A stretch of DNA of 58,163 nt, filler included, from Sphacelaria rigidula (Eukaryota), in NCBI GenBank assembly GCA_964200075.2. It is 9 parts of 9 records of this genome, joined end to end, with 100 filler letters (N's around TTAATTAATTAA, not from the genome) between each part and the next. Parts side by side here need not be neighbours in the genome. Positions count along the whole stretch, not along the records: positions 32,371 to 38,744 come from CAXNAA020020465.1; positions 38,845 to 45,217 come from CAXNAA020020466.1; positions 45,318 to 51,690 come from CAXNAA020020467.1; 6 more parts are not named here. One strand, 5' to 3'. The position numbers and the translations under genes were made by a program. The notes below the pieces were generated by a model that was not told the DNA's origin, did not search any database, and saw only the letters and a list, made by a program, of their open reading frames with translations. This document shows, piece by piece, positions 36,377 through 49,263 of this stretch (position 1 is the first letter of the stretch; each line of letters begins with the position of its first letter).

Positions 36377-36580
36377 CCCTTAGACAGCGACCTCCCCGCA
36401 GGTGGGCTGAGATGGACTAGCCCGCAGTTGGAGTTCAGAACAGGTCTTTTCTCGCTAAACAAAGAGCCTTTTTCATGAACATGTGGGTGTTTGGCATTTA
36501 CCTAAAAAACAGTCCCGGAGAACCCCTGACTGGTTCTGACCCTGCAGTCCACTTCATGCATTCTGTATTTGTGCTCAACG
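36377..36580 (+). mobile_element. Dispersed repeat with a TTAA|CCCT left end (piggyBac-like); second copy at 26914-27120
   Basis: CCCTTA...CCCCGCAGGTGG.CTGAGATG...GGAGAACCCCTGAC.GGTT.TGACCC.GCAGTC present in both; right end not found. Confidence 0.5.
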
Positions 36581-36764
36581 TCTTTGGTGGGCACAGCGGC
36601 AAGAAACAGTCAACGTGCTATCGCTCTCCACTGAACACGGTCTACTGCATGCTGCTCGTGTCTGTACTTGGTGTTCCACAACAACACGTCGAGAGAGTGT
36701 GGAGCCATTCTGGCAACACATAAGAGGTCAAGCAGGTGCCGTAGACCACGAGCAGGGTAAAAAG

Positions 36765-37181
36765 TAGGCTTTTACTTCTTGTGCCAGCATAATTTCTGGC
36801 ATAATTTGACCCTGGTAGCATAAGTAGCATAGCATCTCAGCAAGTAGCATAATCGAGCATAATTTTCCACCCCAGTGGTTGGCACACTGATCTAAATGCT
36901 TGCCTACTGCGATATTTTGGGCGAAAACTCTGCTATCATCGACCGCGGGTCTGAAATACGTGTATGCTCTGGAACTAGTCATTCATTGATTCTGGTTACA
37001 GTATAAATTTGCCAGTCTGATGGTGATCGGTGGGTCTGTATCCTGTCGAAAATGGTATTCTTGTCGGATATTACGAGCATAATCGAGCATAAATTCCACG
37101 TTGCGAGCATAAATCGAGCATAAATGTTGGTGAGATTTCTAGCATGAAGATGACTATACTAGCATAATGAGTAAAAGTCTA
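36765..37181. mobile_element. MITE-like element with AGCATAA sub-repeats
   Basis: TAGGCTTTTACT / AGTAAAAGTCTA inverted ends; many GCATAA motifs inside. Confidence 0.55.
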
Positions 37182-37557
37182 CGAGCTGGGCCAGCAGTAA
37201 ATCCCTCATTTGCATGTCACACCATAAATTGCCAAGTGTACCAAATCAGCCCGACTTGAGTATATATGACCTGCACACAAACATGGTAACGCACGGGACT
37301 GCCGCTGAATGAAAAAAAAATATACCGCATAATGTATGACTTGGGAGAACAAAAAAGAAATCCGTCAGGATTTGAACTCGTGACCTCCATAACTGAAGTC
37401 AACTGTATCACTTGGAGTAAAAGAGTGCAGCCGTGCCACACAAAAAGTTGGGTGCTGCGCCAAACTTGTGGATTTTTTGGCCGAAATTGCGCCAGGATCT
37501 CCTCCACACAAGGACGCACAACTACACTGGGGATGCCCCCGTAGTTCTTAAATTTCT

Positions 37558-38293
37558 GGCGGGGTCTTATCAGAAGTGATTATCACTTGTCAAGAAATCA
37601 CTTTAGTAAAAAACGACCGATGACTGGTTGCTGCGCCCCCCAAAGTGCCAGAAAATCACTTTCGCAAAAGTGATTTTGTGACACCTCGAACGGGAACATG
37701 AGACCCCCCGTTGACAGGGGGATAACCGAAGGCTTGACAGACAAGGCAACACGATCAAATGTGAACCTGAGGATCGCATTGTCCTCCCGAACCAAACACA
37801 CCACTCCATTCATTGCTGCTCATCAGCTGATCATGCTGTGCGTGGCCTCGCTCAAATCGGTTCAGAATTCAGTGAGAAATGATGATTTGCGTGAGACGCG
37901 CGTACAGCACACGCTCAGAAACAGTCAGCACCGGCACGTTTTCGGTTTCTCTTTGACACGCACGCGGCCGCGTTTCATTCAATACTGGACGGATATCCGT
38001 GAAACAAGGGCCGTCGTGTGTAGATGATGAGGAGCTAGCGCTTGAGCTAATGCGCGTGAGTGGTGGGTGTCTGCGCTGTGCTTCTTCGTTGCGTTTTGTC
38101 CGCAGCAGTATAGAGATATTGGACTAACGGCTACTTCCACAACCGCTGCATCTTTTACCTGTGTGCAGATCTGGGCTTCGATGTGGACAAAACTGCTTGT
38201 CGATAAGACGCAGCACTGGTCCTTGGGGTGGCAATCACTTCTCCAAATGTGATTTTTTTTAAAGTGATGAAACACTTCCGATAAGACCCCGCC
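37558..38293. mobile_element. Non-autonomous TIR element, PIF/Harbinger-like
   Basis: GGCGGGGTCTTATCAGAAGTG / CACTTCCGATAAGACCCCGCC TIRs; 3-bp flanks TCT / TCA. Confidence 0.7.
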
Positions 38294-38744
38294 TCACGGA
38301 GTTATGACATTTTTCTCGTTTTTGCAGGACCTTGCAAATCGCTCCAACTTTTTTTTTTCTTGGCATCCCCGGTCAAGTTGTTCGTAGTGAGAGCCTGTCT
38401 TGGCACATTGGTTTTCGATCGAAATTGTGCGGTGGAAAGCAAAAATCCCCATCTTATAGGTCATGATTTCAACCATCGTCGTCAATTTTGAAGATGGTTG
38501 AAATCATGCCTTATCACATCAGGATTTTTGTTTTCCATGGCACTTTTTCAATCGAAAACTCATCTACTAAGGGCGTGTCTCAGCACTTTTTTTTTCGATC
38601 GAAAAAACGAGCCATGGAATTGAGTCAAGTGAAAATTTCTCCTTTTGATGCAGTTGGGTCCGGATGGATTTTCAAGCTTCCGATCCAAAAAAGACAGTGA
38701 AATTCGTGAAACGGTACATGGTCTGAACCCCTTGCACCGCTTGC

Positions 38745-38844
38745 NNNNNNNNNNNNNNNNNNNNNNNNNNNNNNNNNNNNNNNNNNNNTTAATTAATTAA
38801 NNNNNNNNNNNNNNNNNNNNNNNNNNNNNNNNNNNNNNNNNNNN
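38745..38844. other. Artificial contig spacer
   Basis: Same 100-nt linker. Confidence 0.98.
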
Positions 38845-38853
38845 AGCAACAGC

Positions 38854-38930
<77 letters not shown>

Positions 38931-39666
38931 CCACAACAACAACCACAACAACAACCACAACCACAACCACAACCACAACAACAGCAGCAGCTACAACAGC
39001 AGCAGCTACAACAGCACCCACAGCAGCAACAGCAGCAGCAACAACAACGACAGCAACAGCAACAACAACAACAACAACAACAACAACGACGACAGCAACA
39101 ACAACAACCCCAACAACAACAACCCCCACCACCACCACCACCACCACCACACCCACGACCACAATCGCAACCGCAACCGCAATACCCACCAACACAACCA
39201 CAACAACCACAACAGCAGCGAGTAAAGCTCCAGCAAGTCAAAGCAGAAATAATCAAGACGGAACCGTTCGTTCGCAGCAGCAGCGGGAGCAGTCCTTCGA
39301 CGACGCCGACAACATCGTCTGCTTGCGCGCGAATCCCCACCCCCACTCTTGCTACACCAGCGGCCGCTGCAGCCGCCGCCACTGCCGCTGCCACAGGCGG
39401 GAGAGGACCGATCCCTGCTCGTCCGCCAAATCACCATGCGACGGGAAGCACTGGACAAGCAGCGGCGGCAGCGACACCAGGGGGAGGTGTTATAGGGATG
39501 CGGGTAGAGGTGGCAGGATCAAATGGTTATGGAATCCAGCCAAGAACGGTCACTAATCCTACGATGGGAGTACCGACGACGGCTGTACCCGGAGGGGGAA
39601 ACGGTAGGGCAACCTCTGTTGTTGGCGGCACAGGAACACTTCTGCAGCAGCACCAACACACAGTAG
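38845..39666 (+). CDS. SHAQKYF-class MYB transcription factor, poly-Q exon (5' end cut by contig start)
   Basis: (CAA/CAG)n poly-Gln, then an open frame ...QQHQHTV G|GTGAAT; phase 1 matches the next exon. Confidence 0.75.
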
Positions 39667-40181
39667 GTGAATACAGCTACGCTACACACATAGGTTTTCG
39701 GGCAGAATATATGTCGCGGGACGCCCCTTTGTTTTCGACTGCGCGTCCTTGATGTTTTATTTTGTTGCGAATTCAAAAGTCACTGTAATTTTACTCGTGA
39801 CGGTTGTGTTGGTTACCGTACCTAATATCGTTTAGTGTGCGGATGTTTTTCAGCACAAAGTCCCATAATGTGCGCGCATATCCGAGGTTTCGGAGTGTGA
39901 ATTTGTCGTGTACACGTCGGCTTCCCGTGTTGTCGAGTTTTTTTTGTCCGCACACGAGGACAGAGGAGCTGGTATCGTTCAAAATTCAAAAACAGCCCAT
40001 CGTCAAAACTTGCGTCTTGACCCTTAGGTGCTTCGAACGATTTTGCCGTTGCCGGAACATTGTCTCGATCCCTCCCCCTGCCTCCAACCCCACCACCATC
40101 ACCACCACCACGGCCAATTCGTCTTGAGCAACGACTAAATAGCACCTCTTCGCGCGCTTTACTTCGCTTGGATTTACGCAG

Positions 40182-41236
40182 TGTCGAATGTGCGGCAGAC
40201 CACACCGCAGGCCGGTGCCCCCACACAGCCATCCCAGGCATCGCGACCACCCATCGATCAGTACACTGGTGGCGTAAACGTTGTCGGCACAGTCGCGGCC
40301 GCGGCGGGACCACCTCGCGCTCCATTCCCGCGGGGCGCTCCTGCTCCTCCCCGCTCCCACTTTCCGCCGGCGCCGGCGCCGACAGCCACCACCGCCGCTG
40401 CCGCAGCTGCAACTGCCGCGGCAAACGCCGCCGCCGGTGCCCCGAGGCCCCAAGCGCGCCCACAGGCACGACCCCCACATGCGCGACCTCATGGACAAGC
40501 GCCGGTTCCTGGTGCACCCCCGCCGGCCCCACCGGGATCCGCAAGAGGCATACCTCACATGTCTCACCAACCGCGAGGAGCCCCCAGGGCGCCGTCTGCT
40601 GGTGCGGCGGCGGCGGTGGCATCGGCGGCCGCCGCCGCAGCAGCGACCGGACGAGGACATCAGCATCAGCCGCCGCCTCGTGTCGGCACACCGGCACCGC
40701 CTAGAGGAAGCCAAGGGCCGCAGCCGATACAGGGGCAGCAGCATCCCCAACATCAGCAGCAGCCTCCCCGCGGGTACGTGATGGCTGGGCGCGGTGGGAT
40801 GGCGACGACAGCGGGCGTGCGAGGCATCCCCACGCCAGCGAGCGCCCCGGGAACCCTGATACCGGCGTCGGCAGGGCGGGGAGGGATCCACTACCATCCT
40901 CATCCCGCGGGGCGTGGCGCCGTTCCCACAACCACGGCGATGGGTGTTCCGAGGGGTCCTGTTCCGGCAGGTGTTCGAGTTGGCCCGGGGGGGGGCTATA
41001 CCTCGCACATGGGACCTGGGAACGGTCAACCGCACGGGGCAGGCGGCCGCGGTGGGGTGACATACGGCGCCCCGGGGGCTTCGCCGGGGATGGGGGGAAG
41101 GGGACCAGGGTACGGGGTGGCACCAGGGAGCGGGGTGCATCCAGCGCCGGGGCAACGGCCGCCACCGGGCTATGTGCGGGCAATGAGTCAGGGGGTTGCA
41201 GGGGGTATGATGGGCAACCAGCGAGGAGGAGCGCAT
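40182..41236 (+). CDS. MYB transcription factor, Pro/Gly/Ala-rich exon
   Basis: GCAG acceptor and CAT|GTGAGA donor; lies within ORF 40181-41281. Confidence 0.8.
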
Positions 41237-41671
41237 GTGAGAGCTTGCCTTCTTGGTTTCGTTGGTAATGAACAGAATTAATTCGCGTAAAGGGTGCGTC
41301 CATTTCCATCTTTTTGAGCAGGGTTTCGATGCAGTTGCATTCGTGCTGCTCGAGTGTTTCTTTTCTGTGTGAAGTTTTGTCCGTGCTTTGTGGGAGCACC
41401 CTTTGGGAGCAATGTCGAACGTAAGAATTTTGTGGGCGTTGTGATTGAAGTGTGATGGATGATGTTGCTGTGTGTCGCTGCGTCCACCCGCCTCTCGCTG
41501 TACCCGCTCTCTTCCTCCGCTTGTTTGACCTTGGCTATGTTGTAAAGTGCCCGGACAATCACCCAGCTAAGTGTGCGTTTACAAAATTGTACCCGCCCCA
41601 AACAAGTTTGATCCGTGTTACCGTCTTGTGTTGTGCTGTCTTACATCGCTTCTGCAATTTGAACTTGACAG

Positions 41672-41779
41672 GATCCGGCAAGTGGACGAATGGGGCCAGG
41701 TATGCCAATAAATGGACCCGGCAGTGGACCAGGCATGCACGGGGGGGTCGGGGATGGGGAAGATGGTCCAATCAAGGAG
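41672..41779 (+). CDS. MYB transcription factor, 108-nt exon
   Basis: TGACAG acceptor and GAG|GTGCGC donor; DPASGRMGPGMPINGPGSGPGMHGGVGDGEDGPIKE; phase 0/0. Confidence 0.8.
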
Positions 41780-42244
41780 GTGCGCATTGGAGCTATCGCT
41801 CATTGCCATGCGCAGAATCTGTTTTCAAGTTTAACCGTTTGACGCTTCGATACCATGCAACTCCAAAATAACGTCGATCAGTACATGTGACCGTGGTGGG
41901 TTATTGTTCGCTCTGTTGTACAGCACTGTACCGGCGTGTGGTTCGGGCGAATATTCCCGCGTGGTATATGACTTTGAATGCTTCCGAAACGGCAGGTGCG
42001 CCTCCAAGTACACGCATTTTGGCGATATGCAGCCAGGTGCTGTTGCGAAGTACCGACACACGGCCACTGCGCCGCAGAACGCGCCCGGTTCCCTCAGTGT
42101 TTCAACATGTAGTTTGGCAAGTAAACAAAGAAATATGCAAGACACGCACGCACGTGCTGTATTTCGCGCGCTTCAACAAGGTGTTGACACATCCCGTCGT
42201 GTTATCACGTGTTCGGGCGGATTTCGGTTGGACCCGTTTCGCAG

Positions 42245-42474
42245 AACACGGGGCGATGGACTTACGACGAGCATCGGCTTTTCTTGCGAGGACTGGAGCA
42301 GCACGGCAGGTTGTGGAAAAAGATCGCGAGTCTGATCAAGACGCGCACCGTGGTACAGATCAGGACCCATGCCCAGAAATACTTTCAAAAGATCGCGAAG
42401 GCGAAGCAGAACGGGGATCACGGGGAGATTGCGATGGACGCCAAGGGAAAATCGTCGCGTAGGAAAAGCCGAGG
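42245..42474 (+). CDS. MYB transcription factor, DNA-binding domain exon
   Basis: NTGRWTYDEHRLFLRGLEQHGRLWKKIASLIKTRTVVQIRTHAQKYFQK is a single-repeat Myb of the SHAQKYF class; canonical splice sites. Confidence 0.95.
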
Positions 42475-42913
42475 GTGAGATATGATATACGCAGGAACTC
42501 TAACAGAGGGTCGCCTTATCTACAGTACAGTGTGGTCGTGTCAAGATGCATGACAAATCACGTACAGGGCTAGGCACGTTGCTCAGATGCTACCACTACA
42601 CTGAAGCCTGATGGTCGCCAAACCGGTGCACCCTGGAGAAACATACTTCATGTGCGGTCTGTAGTTTGTGCAGGGCTGATTGCTGTACAGGTTTTTGGTC
42701 CATGGATGACCGGCATAGTCCATACGGGGGACGGCCGTTCAAGGAAGTTCGCTCCGCTTTACTACGAGTGAGGGCGTCTGATCATTTGGAAGCCATTTTT
42801 TGCTGACTGCGTGTTTTGGAGCTCGACATCCTGGAACCCTCAAAGGGGCTGCTGTTGATGCTTATCGTGTTACATGTTGTTCTGGTTATCCCTGTTTCAA
42901 TCCACGAAATCAG

Positions 42914-43144
42914 GCGACGACGTATGGAAGATTTGTTGCGAGGATCTACGGCCGTGGCGCCTTCCCTACAACCGTATGTCGCCGGCGCGGGTGCGGTTGA
43001 GACAGGGCTTTATCGCTTCTTATCTCCCATCACGATACAAGGTTTGGAGGGACCGCCCACCGCTGGCCATGGGGCCGGGGCGGGCGGAGAGGGAGGTAGA
43101 GCCGCGGGCGCCGGAGGCGGTGGCGAGGGGACCTCTGCGCCGGC
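42914..43144 (+). CDS. MYB transcription factor, post-domain exon
   Basis: ATCAG acceptor and GC|GTGAGT donor; phase 2/2; RRRMEDLLRGSTAVAPSLQPYV...GLYRFLSP. Confidence 0.85.
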
Positions 43145-43570
43145 GTGAGTATTGTGGCGCGTGTGTGGATTTTGGGCCGAATTGGTTGTTGGTGGTGTTC
43201 GGTATCCGCGGTGTCGTTGTTTTCGTTCGTGGTGTTGGTTGGTGGATGTTGGTGTTTGTTGGTCGTGATGACAGAAATAATGGTGTGGGCATGATTTCTT
43301 CTGGTTGCTCATTTGTCTTGTTTCAGAGTCAGCTGCACCAGCCTTCAGGAACCAACGGCACATATAAATGGGGAAGAGCTGAGAAACCGACGTTCACAGG
43401 GGGGTGATACCCATTGTAATTCGAAAATTCGAAAATTCTGAATCCTCCAAGAGCCCATCATGCGGTGAACACCCGCATCCCACTCAGAGCGCGCTACAAA
43501 ACTAAAGTGAAAATCACCCGCCCGATTTTGCACACCGTTGCTGCTCTCGACCCTTTACTCGTCCACACAG

Positions 43571-44981
43571 GAACGCACACTCCACATCAACTGCCACAAC
43601 TGCGGCCGCGGCTGCAGCGACCGCCGCAGTTCTTCCGCCTAACTGGTATCGAGCCGGTAGAGGCGTAGATGACTTGCTGAATGAAGCGGAAGGCCTCGAC
43701 TGGCTCGCCGACAGCGGTGGCGCCGGCGGTCCCGCCGCTGCAGCACAAGCAGCGGCTGCCGCTGCGGCGGCGGGTGCCACGACACCCGGTGCCACGACAG
43801 GAGCTTCTCGCCCAGGTGCACCAAGAGGGTCACCAACACCCCAGGTTTCGGTTTCAGCTGGTTCCATCGGCAGCCCAACGGCCACTACGGCCACCACATC
43901 AGCCGCGGGCGGCGATCTCGGGAAGAGGACCACCACCAACACGGGACCGGCAATCCTGAAAGATCCTGGGATGACATCGGCGGCCTCGCCTCTGTCACAT
44001 GGCTCGAACGGTACCAACCAGCCGTCCCTGAAGAGGGCGCGTTCGAGCGGATCCTCTGCAATGCCGCTGTCGACCGGATCCACGGCCACGACGGCTGCCG
44101 CCGCCGTTGCGACCGCCGCGGCGTCTACGGCGGGACGGCCGCCAGCGACCATCTCGTCGGTGGTCGGGTCTAGCATGCCGACAAGCGCCACAATTTCACG
44201 CGCTGTTATCACGCACACTACAGCAGCTATCGCAGACAATACAACGGGCGCCGTGCCCGGTCCTGTCGCGCCGTCGACCGGTCAGCAAACCCAAACTCGT
44301 TCACCCGTGCCACACCATCAGCTGATATCACGAACAGCTCACCCTGGCACCGCCGGGACGGTGCCCGGGACGGCAGCCCTTCACCGCGCGCCCACGACGA
44401 CTCCTGGTGTTGCCGTAACATCTGAGCGACCAGTTCCAGTTGCCGCTGCTACGGCCGCTGCCGCCGCTGCTGCCGCCGCTGCTGCCACCCCCTCTCAGCA
44501 ACCTCGCCGAGGTACCCCCGATGGCCGATCAGCTGCAGCGCTGCCCGGCGCCGCCGCTCCCATGGGGGGAATGGAGGCGGCTGTTTCACACCCAAACGGT
44601 GCTGCTGGTGGCCTAGTAGCAGCCATGGCTCGCGCTACGATCGCAACACCATCGGCAGCGGCGGCGGTAGACGGTGGGACACCAGGACGTGGGGGGCAGG
44701 GGGTGTTACTGTCACACGCAGCTAGTTCTGAGATCCCGCGACAACCAGCAAGTACGGGTGTCGACGGTAGTACCATTGGTGGCACGCTGCTGGCATCGGC
44801 GGTGGCTGCAGCGGCGCCTGGCGAGCCTACATCTCCGATAGGACCGCTGGTGCCTACCGCCGAGGTTGATGATGGTATTGGGGCCGTGGAGTTGAGCACT
44901 GGTGATCTACAGGGATCTGGCGATGAGGATGAAGGGCATTTGTCGGGGTTGTCGGACTTGGACGAGCTGATGGAAGATCAG
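43571..44981 (+). CDS. MYB transcription factor, long Ala/Thr/Pro-rich exon (runs to the stop at 45059 if unspliced)
   Basis: ACACAG acceptor in phase; LPPNWYRAGRGVDDLLNEAEGLDWLADSG...acidic SGLSDLDELMEDQ; probable donor CAG|GTGATA. Confidence 0.8.
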
Positions 44982-45217
44982 GTGATACGTACGAAAATCA
45001 AGAAGATGCTAACGACAATTAAGAAGACAATCGCTGTCTATGTGACTCGTGTGGAGTAGGTAGGGCCAACTCCAAAGTTCAGGGTGAGGCACACATCGGA
45101 CGATCGGAACAAGACTACAGGTGCTTGCCGCATTTCCCCCCCGCCCCTAACTTTCAGTTAGTTGCATAGTGCGGTTCCTCATCTCCTGGCACTAAAAGGC
45201 CAGCAAGTATGAGATTC

Positions 45218-45317
45218 NNNNNNNNNNNNNNNNNNNNNNNNNNNNNNNNNNNNNNNNNNNNTTAATTAATTAANNNNNNNNNNNNNNNNNNNNNNNNNNN
45301 NNNNNNNNNNNNNNNNN
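45218..45317. other. Artificial contig spacer
   Basis: Same 100-nt linker. Confidence 0.98.
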
Positions 45318-45387
45318 CGGAGGGGGGCTATCTCGGTGTTAGACGCTTACATTGGTTGGTATATACAACTCGGATTCATATCCTCAC

Positions 45388-45557
45388 CTGCCGCCTGGAT
45401 GGCAGTCGCGGATGCAAGCTGGATGAGGTCTGCCCACCCGACCTCCGGGTGTTTGTCCTTGATGGGTTGCAGCAGGTGAAGGGCGTTGACTAGGCCGCTG
45501 TTAGCGCCATGGTTGATCTCAGGCTCGAATCTGATCGATCCGTTCGCCCCGCCACAC
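45388..45557 (-). CDS. APX: L-ascorbate peroxidase, exon 4 (gene continues beyond the contig)
   Basis: [57 protein letters not shown]; canonical splice sites; phase consistent. Confidence 0.92.
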
Positions 45558-45603
45558 CTGACCCAGGCAGTAAACACACGCGAGGCGAAAACAAAATGGG
45601 AGG

Positions 45604-46150
45604 GCGGTTCGAGATATCCGAAGGGCGTGGTTCTCGTATCGCATTTGCATTCGTAGTTCAGTCATCGTATCGTACTGCTTCGTCTTACATTCGGTTTTGA
45701 ATTCGTGACCACATTCATCTTCTCGTCCATGTTTAGTTGTTCGGAGCGTCGATCAGCGACATCCGACGGGCGTCGCATCCGCGTCGCACTCGTCTCAATA
45801 TTCATATTTTTGTGCCTGTGTTGACCTTCACATTCATAAACGTGTTCATGTTGTCGTTCATGTCCGTGTTTTGAGCGTGGTCAGCGATATCCGACGAGCG
45901 TTTATTCCCGTCTCGTATTGCACTGTTCTGTTTCTTGGTTCGTTTTCTCTTTCATATCTGTGTTGAATTTTCATATTCGTGTTTTGAACGTGGTCAGCGA
46001 CATCTGATGACCGTTTTTCTCCCGTATCGTATGTGTTTCATCCTGTGTTGTCTTCCATTCGTATTATCACTCGTATTGGCGTCCGTATTCGCATCCGTCT
46101 TAGATGCTCATGTTTGTGCTCGAAACTCGTCAGCAATATCCGAAGCACGG
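45604..46150. repeat. Degenerate intronic tandem repeat (~5 units of ~115-140 bp)
   Basis: TCAGC(G/A)A(C/T)ATC(C/T)GA.G motif with a CCCGT.TCGTA-like tail recurs at ~45610, 45753, 45881, 45993 and 46130. Confidence 0.55.
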
Positions 46151-46365
46151 TGCAAATATTATTTCGGAGTGGGATTCAGCGACCTGCAGCTCGTGACTGC
46201 AGTCACGTATCCTCAACTTCAACCAGACGATTGACCCACTTTTGCCAGCGTGGTTAACCCGGGAAAGTCCCCATCTGTCGATGGCAAGTAAGAACAAACC
46301 GGCTGATGCGATGTATATATATATACGTAAATAAAAAACGCAGAGAATTGACGGTGTCCTCTTAC

Positions 46366-46402
46366 CTGGGCCATCCCTCGGTGCTGTCCTTGTTGAAGGT
46401 AC
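46366..46402 (-). CDS. APX: L-ascorbate peroxidase, 37-nt exon 3
   Basis: CACAG|GT ACC TTC AAC AAG GAC AGC ACC GAG GGA TGG CCC AG|GTAAGA gives (G)TFNKDSTEGWP(R) and bridges the phases of both neighbours. Confidence 0.9.
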
Positions 46403-47012
46403 CTGTGACAATATTCGAACACAAGAAAAACGATGACACAAAAAATCATCAAGACAATATTCAAAAACGGCATGCACGATGTGCAGGATGGCATTAAAAA
46501 CAAAAACAAGAAAGGGAAAAATCGGCGGGCAAACTGGCCATGGATGTCACACGACGCCATGTGAAGGAAAATGGCGCGAGTAGGTGAGGTACACAGTACA
46601 CAGACCAGGAAAGCGGTCCGCTTGATAACATGTCCTCCGTTACGCGATTGCAGAAACCGTCGGCAATACTGGCCGACGTGGACTCCTACTAGCTGAACAC
46701 GTACAAATCGAACTTGTGAGCAGCCGCTAGGGGAGCCGAAATTCTCTGGGAACAGTTTTAGTTCCAACCTCAACTCATCCCTTCACAGCAACAGCGTGCG
46801 TCGCACGTGAAGTGTGGGGGACAGTGATTACCATCAGTACTAAAGTTGTAGCAGTAGTAATAGCAGTAGTGGTAGTAGCAGTAGTAGCAGTTGTTGTTTT
46901 TTTTCCACCACCGTCACACTGACTTCATCCTCGAACTCGTGGTAGTTACGCGCAAGTGCGGTCATGATTCAGAAACTGGTGGGGCAGCTACGGTTACACC
47001 TGTGGAAATGTG

Positions 47013-47126
47013 CACGCCCTGGATCATGACTCAATGGATTACTCATCCAAACGTGTACCGCAATAGACGCAATAATCGATACTATACGCAGTACACTTCT
47101 TGATGGAATGTGCTGTCCAGGGTGAG
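47013..47126. mobile_element. Short palindromic MITE (family of 2701-2838)
   Basis: CACGCCCTGGA...TGTCCAGGGTGAG. Confidence 0.55.
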
Positions 47127-48369
47127 GAGCTGCGCTCGGTTGCTCGGACGACGAAGGTATTTGGACTTACGGAGAAACGAACGCATGAACGTGCTCGTGG
47201 GTTGCATACGTTTCCGCACATTTTTCGCTACACGAGTGTCTGCTCACTTCATCACTTCTTGTTCGCCATTGAGACCGGGTGTAGAACTCGTTGGACAAGT
47301 TCAGGCACGCCGAGACTGATGACGTCATGCGGCAGCGATGCCCTGGATAGTAGCACAAATTACACCCGTTACCCTTCCCACCATCCATCTGATGACAGGT
47401 TCCTTCAACTGTCAAAGATTCACATCCTGGATGATGACAAAATAAGATCAACAGATGCAATGGACAAAAAGTGTACTGGGCGAAGCATAGACATATTGCA
47501 ACTATCGTCGGGCGACAACAGTTGCAATAGGCCGACACTTTATGCGGTACATATTTCGTTTATTGCACTCATTGACCATACATTGTCCAGGGTGTGGAAA
47601 GTTGTCACAGGCTACTGGTACGGTGTCGGAGAATTGACTTACACCAGACGTTTTCTTGGCTTCGAGAAAAGATATCAGTTCTATGAGAACGTTGGACTCT
47701 GCACCTCCAATAGTCTGTCCGAATCGTCGTTTGCGGACCCGGATCCCACGAGGTTAGCAGTATTCATTTTTCTCTTTTATTTTTGTATCGCGTCAGTGTG
47801 AGTTTTTTTCTTCGGTCCTGTTTTATTTGTACTCATATTTTCATTTCACCTCGTTGTGGATCGCCAGCCTGTACGGAAACGCGTCCGCATCAGAGACGCC
47901 AAGGAAGGAGCACTGCTCATTTTCTTCTTTCTCCCATTCGATTGTTCGGATCTAATCGAAAAAAGTCTTGAATTAATGGGATGTACACCCATATATATAT
48001 ATATATATGTGTGTAGAAATGATGGATGGGATGGGATGGGATTCTTCTTTGGTCATGGGGGTTGTGGACAAGAGAAAGACGATATCGTAACGGTTTTCAA
48101 ATGCGCGACCTAGATGACCTACCCTCGCAGTCAAGGTGTTGGCTATTACAGATCCCAAGAGCATTTTACCTGTATCATTATTTAATTGTCCAAATCGAAA
48201 GTGAGGGTCAAGGGGATTGAATGGATCCAGGGATTGAATCGATTGAATATATGATCCGTGATGGCGATCAAAGGGTTAATCAACTCCTCGACAGCCATAG
48301 TAGGCGATCTGTTGAATTAGCCATGTGAAGACAGTGACAACGGCAATAACAACGATTCTTCTCCCTCAC

Positions 48370-48466
48370 CGGCGTCATGCCACGCCAGCCGTACCAAGAT
48401 TGGGTTGCAGTTGTTCGAGTCACACAGGGCCATCACCTCCTCCTTGCACTCCCGTAGGGCCTTCAC
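48370..48466 (-). CDS. APX: L-ascorbate peroxidase, exon 2 (distal His motif)
   Basis: VKALRECKEEVMALCDSNNCNPILVRLAWHDAG; class I peroxidase R-x-x-W-H motif; GTCAG acceptor and G|GTGAGG donor. Confidence 0.92.
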
Positions 48467-49111
48467 CTGACCACGGGGAGGTATCGAATGCGCGCGCGGG
48501 GGTGTGACAAGGGGGGTAAAAATGACACGAAAAACCAACAAAGAAAAAAGCAGAGTAAGAGGTCATTTTGTTCGATATACACGGGCAGACATGCAAATAA
48601 TTATACATGAGGTTATGGAACTTCATGTATATATGCATATATGTATCAATCTACCTTGATTGATTGATTGATCGATTGATTATCCCACTTCAGCTGATTG
48701 CAACAATCCAGCCTGTGGTCAGAAGCCGCAAAAAAAAACAGAATAAGAAAGAAGAACCAGAAAAAGACAGAAGCAACAGCCGCAGGAAGGGAAGAAAGGA
48801 AACACCGACAGCAACAACACACACAAACAACACAACGAGATGATGATGATCTCGCATGACGTACCTGATTGCAACACTCCAGCTCCAGGTGGAAAAAAAA
48901 AAATGCAATCAGGAAAAAAAAAGAAAAAAAAATGAAATCGAGCCTCGTAGATGTGTAAACAACTACACGAAGGCGCCGGCAGTCGAGGATTTTATTCATG
49001 TCCAAGGGAATGGAGGGCTTGTTTTTCGGCAGACAGTTGGGAAGAAAAAAAGTGTGTAGGTGAGAAGAAAAACAAAATGGCGCACATGTATGACGATTTC
49101 TAGCAACATAC

Positions 49112-49263
49112 CACACGCTGGATAATGACAATATATTACCCCGTCAAAAAGTGCACACTGCGTACGGTATCGACTGTTGCGGTTTTTAGCACCATACTCG
49201 AGATTATATACTGTACGCAGTATATATTTTATAGTGTTTCATCTCGTCATTGTCCAGGGCGTG
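49112..49263. mobile_element. Short palindromic MITE (family of 2701-2838)
   Basis: CACACGCTGGATAATGAC...GTCATTGTCCAGGGCGTG; three tandem left-end copies also at ~50241-50310. Confidence 0.6.

Noticed and set aside
38789..39458. Poly-Cys, poly-Val and poly-Leu ORFs on the minus strand
   Set aside because: Antisense shadows of the CAA/CAG poly-Gln exon.
39822..41399. Long overlapping minus-strand ORFs (291, 416 and 232 aa)
   Set aside because: Antisense frames of a GC-rich MYB exon; no motifs or splice support.
42245..48466. MYB-APX functional cluster
   Set aside because: The genes are on different contigs separated by an artificial spacer.
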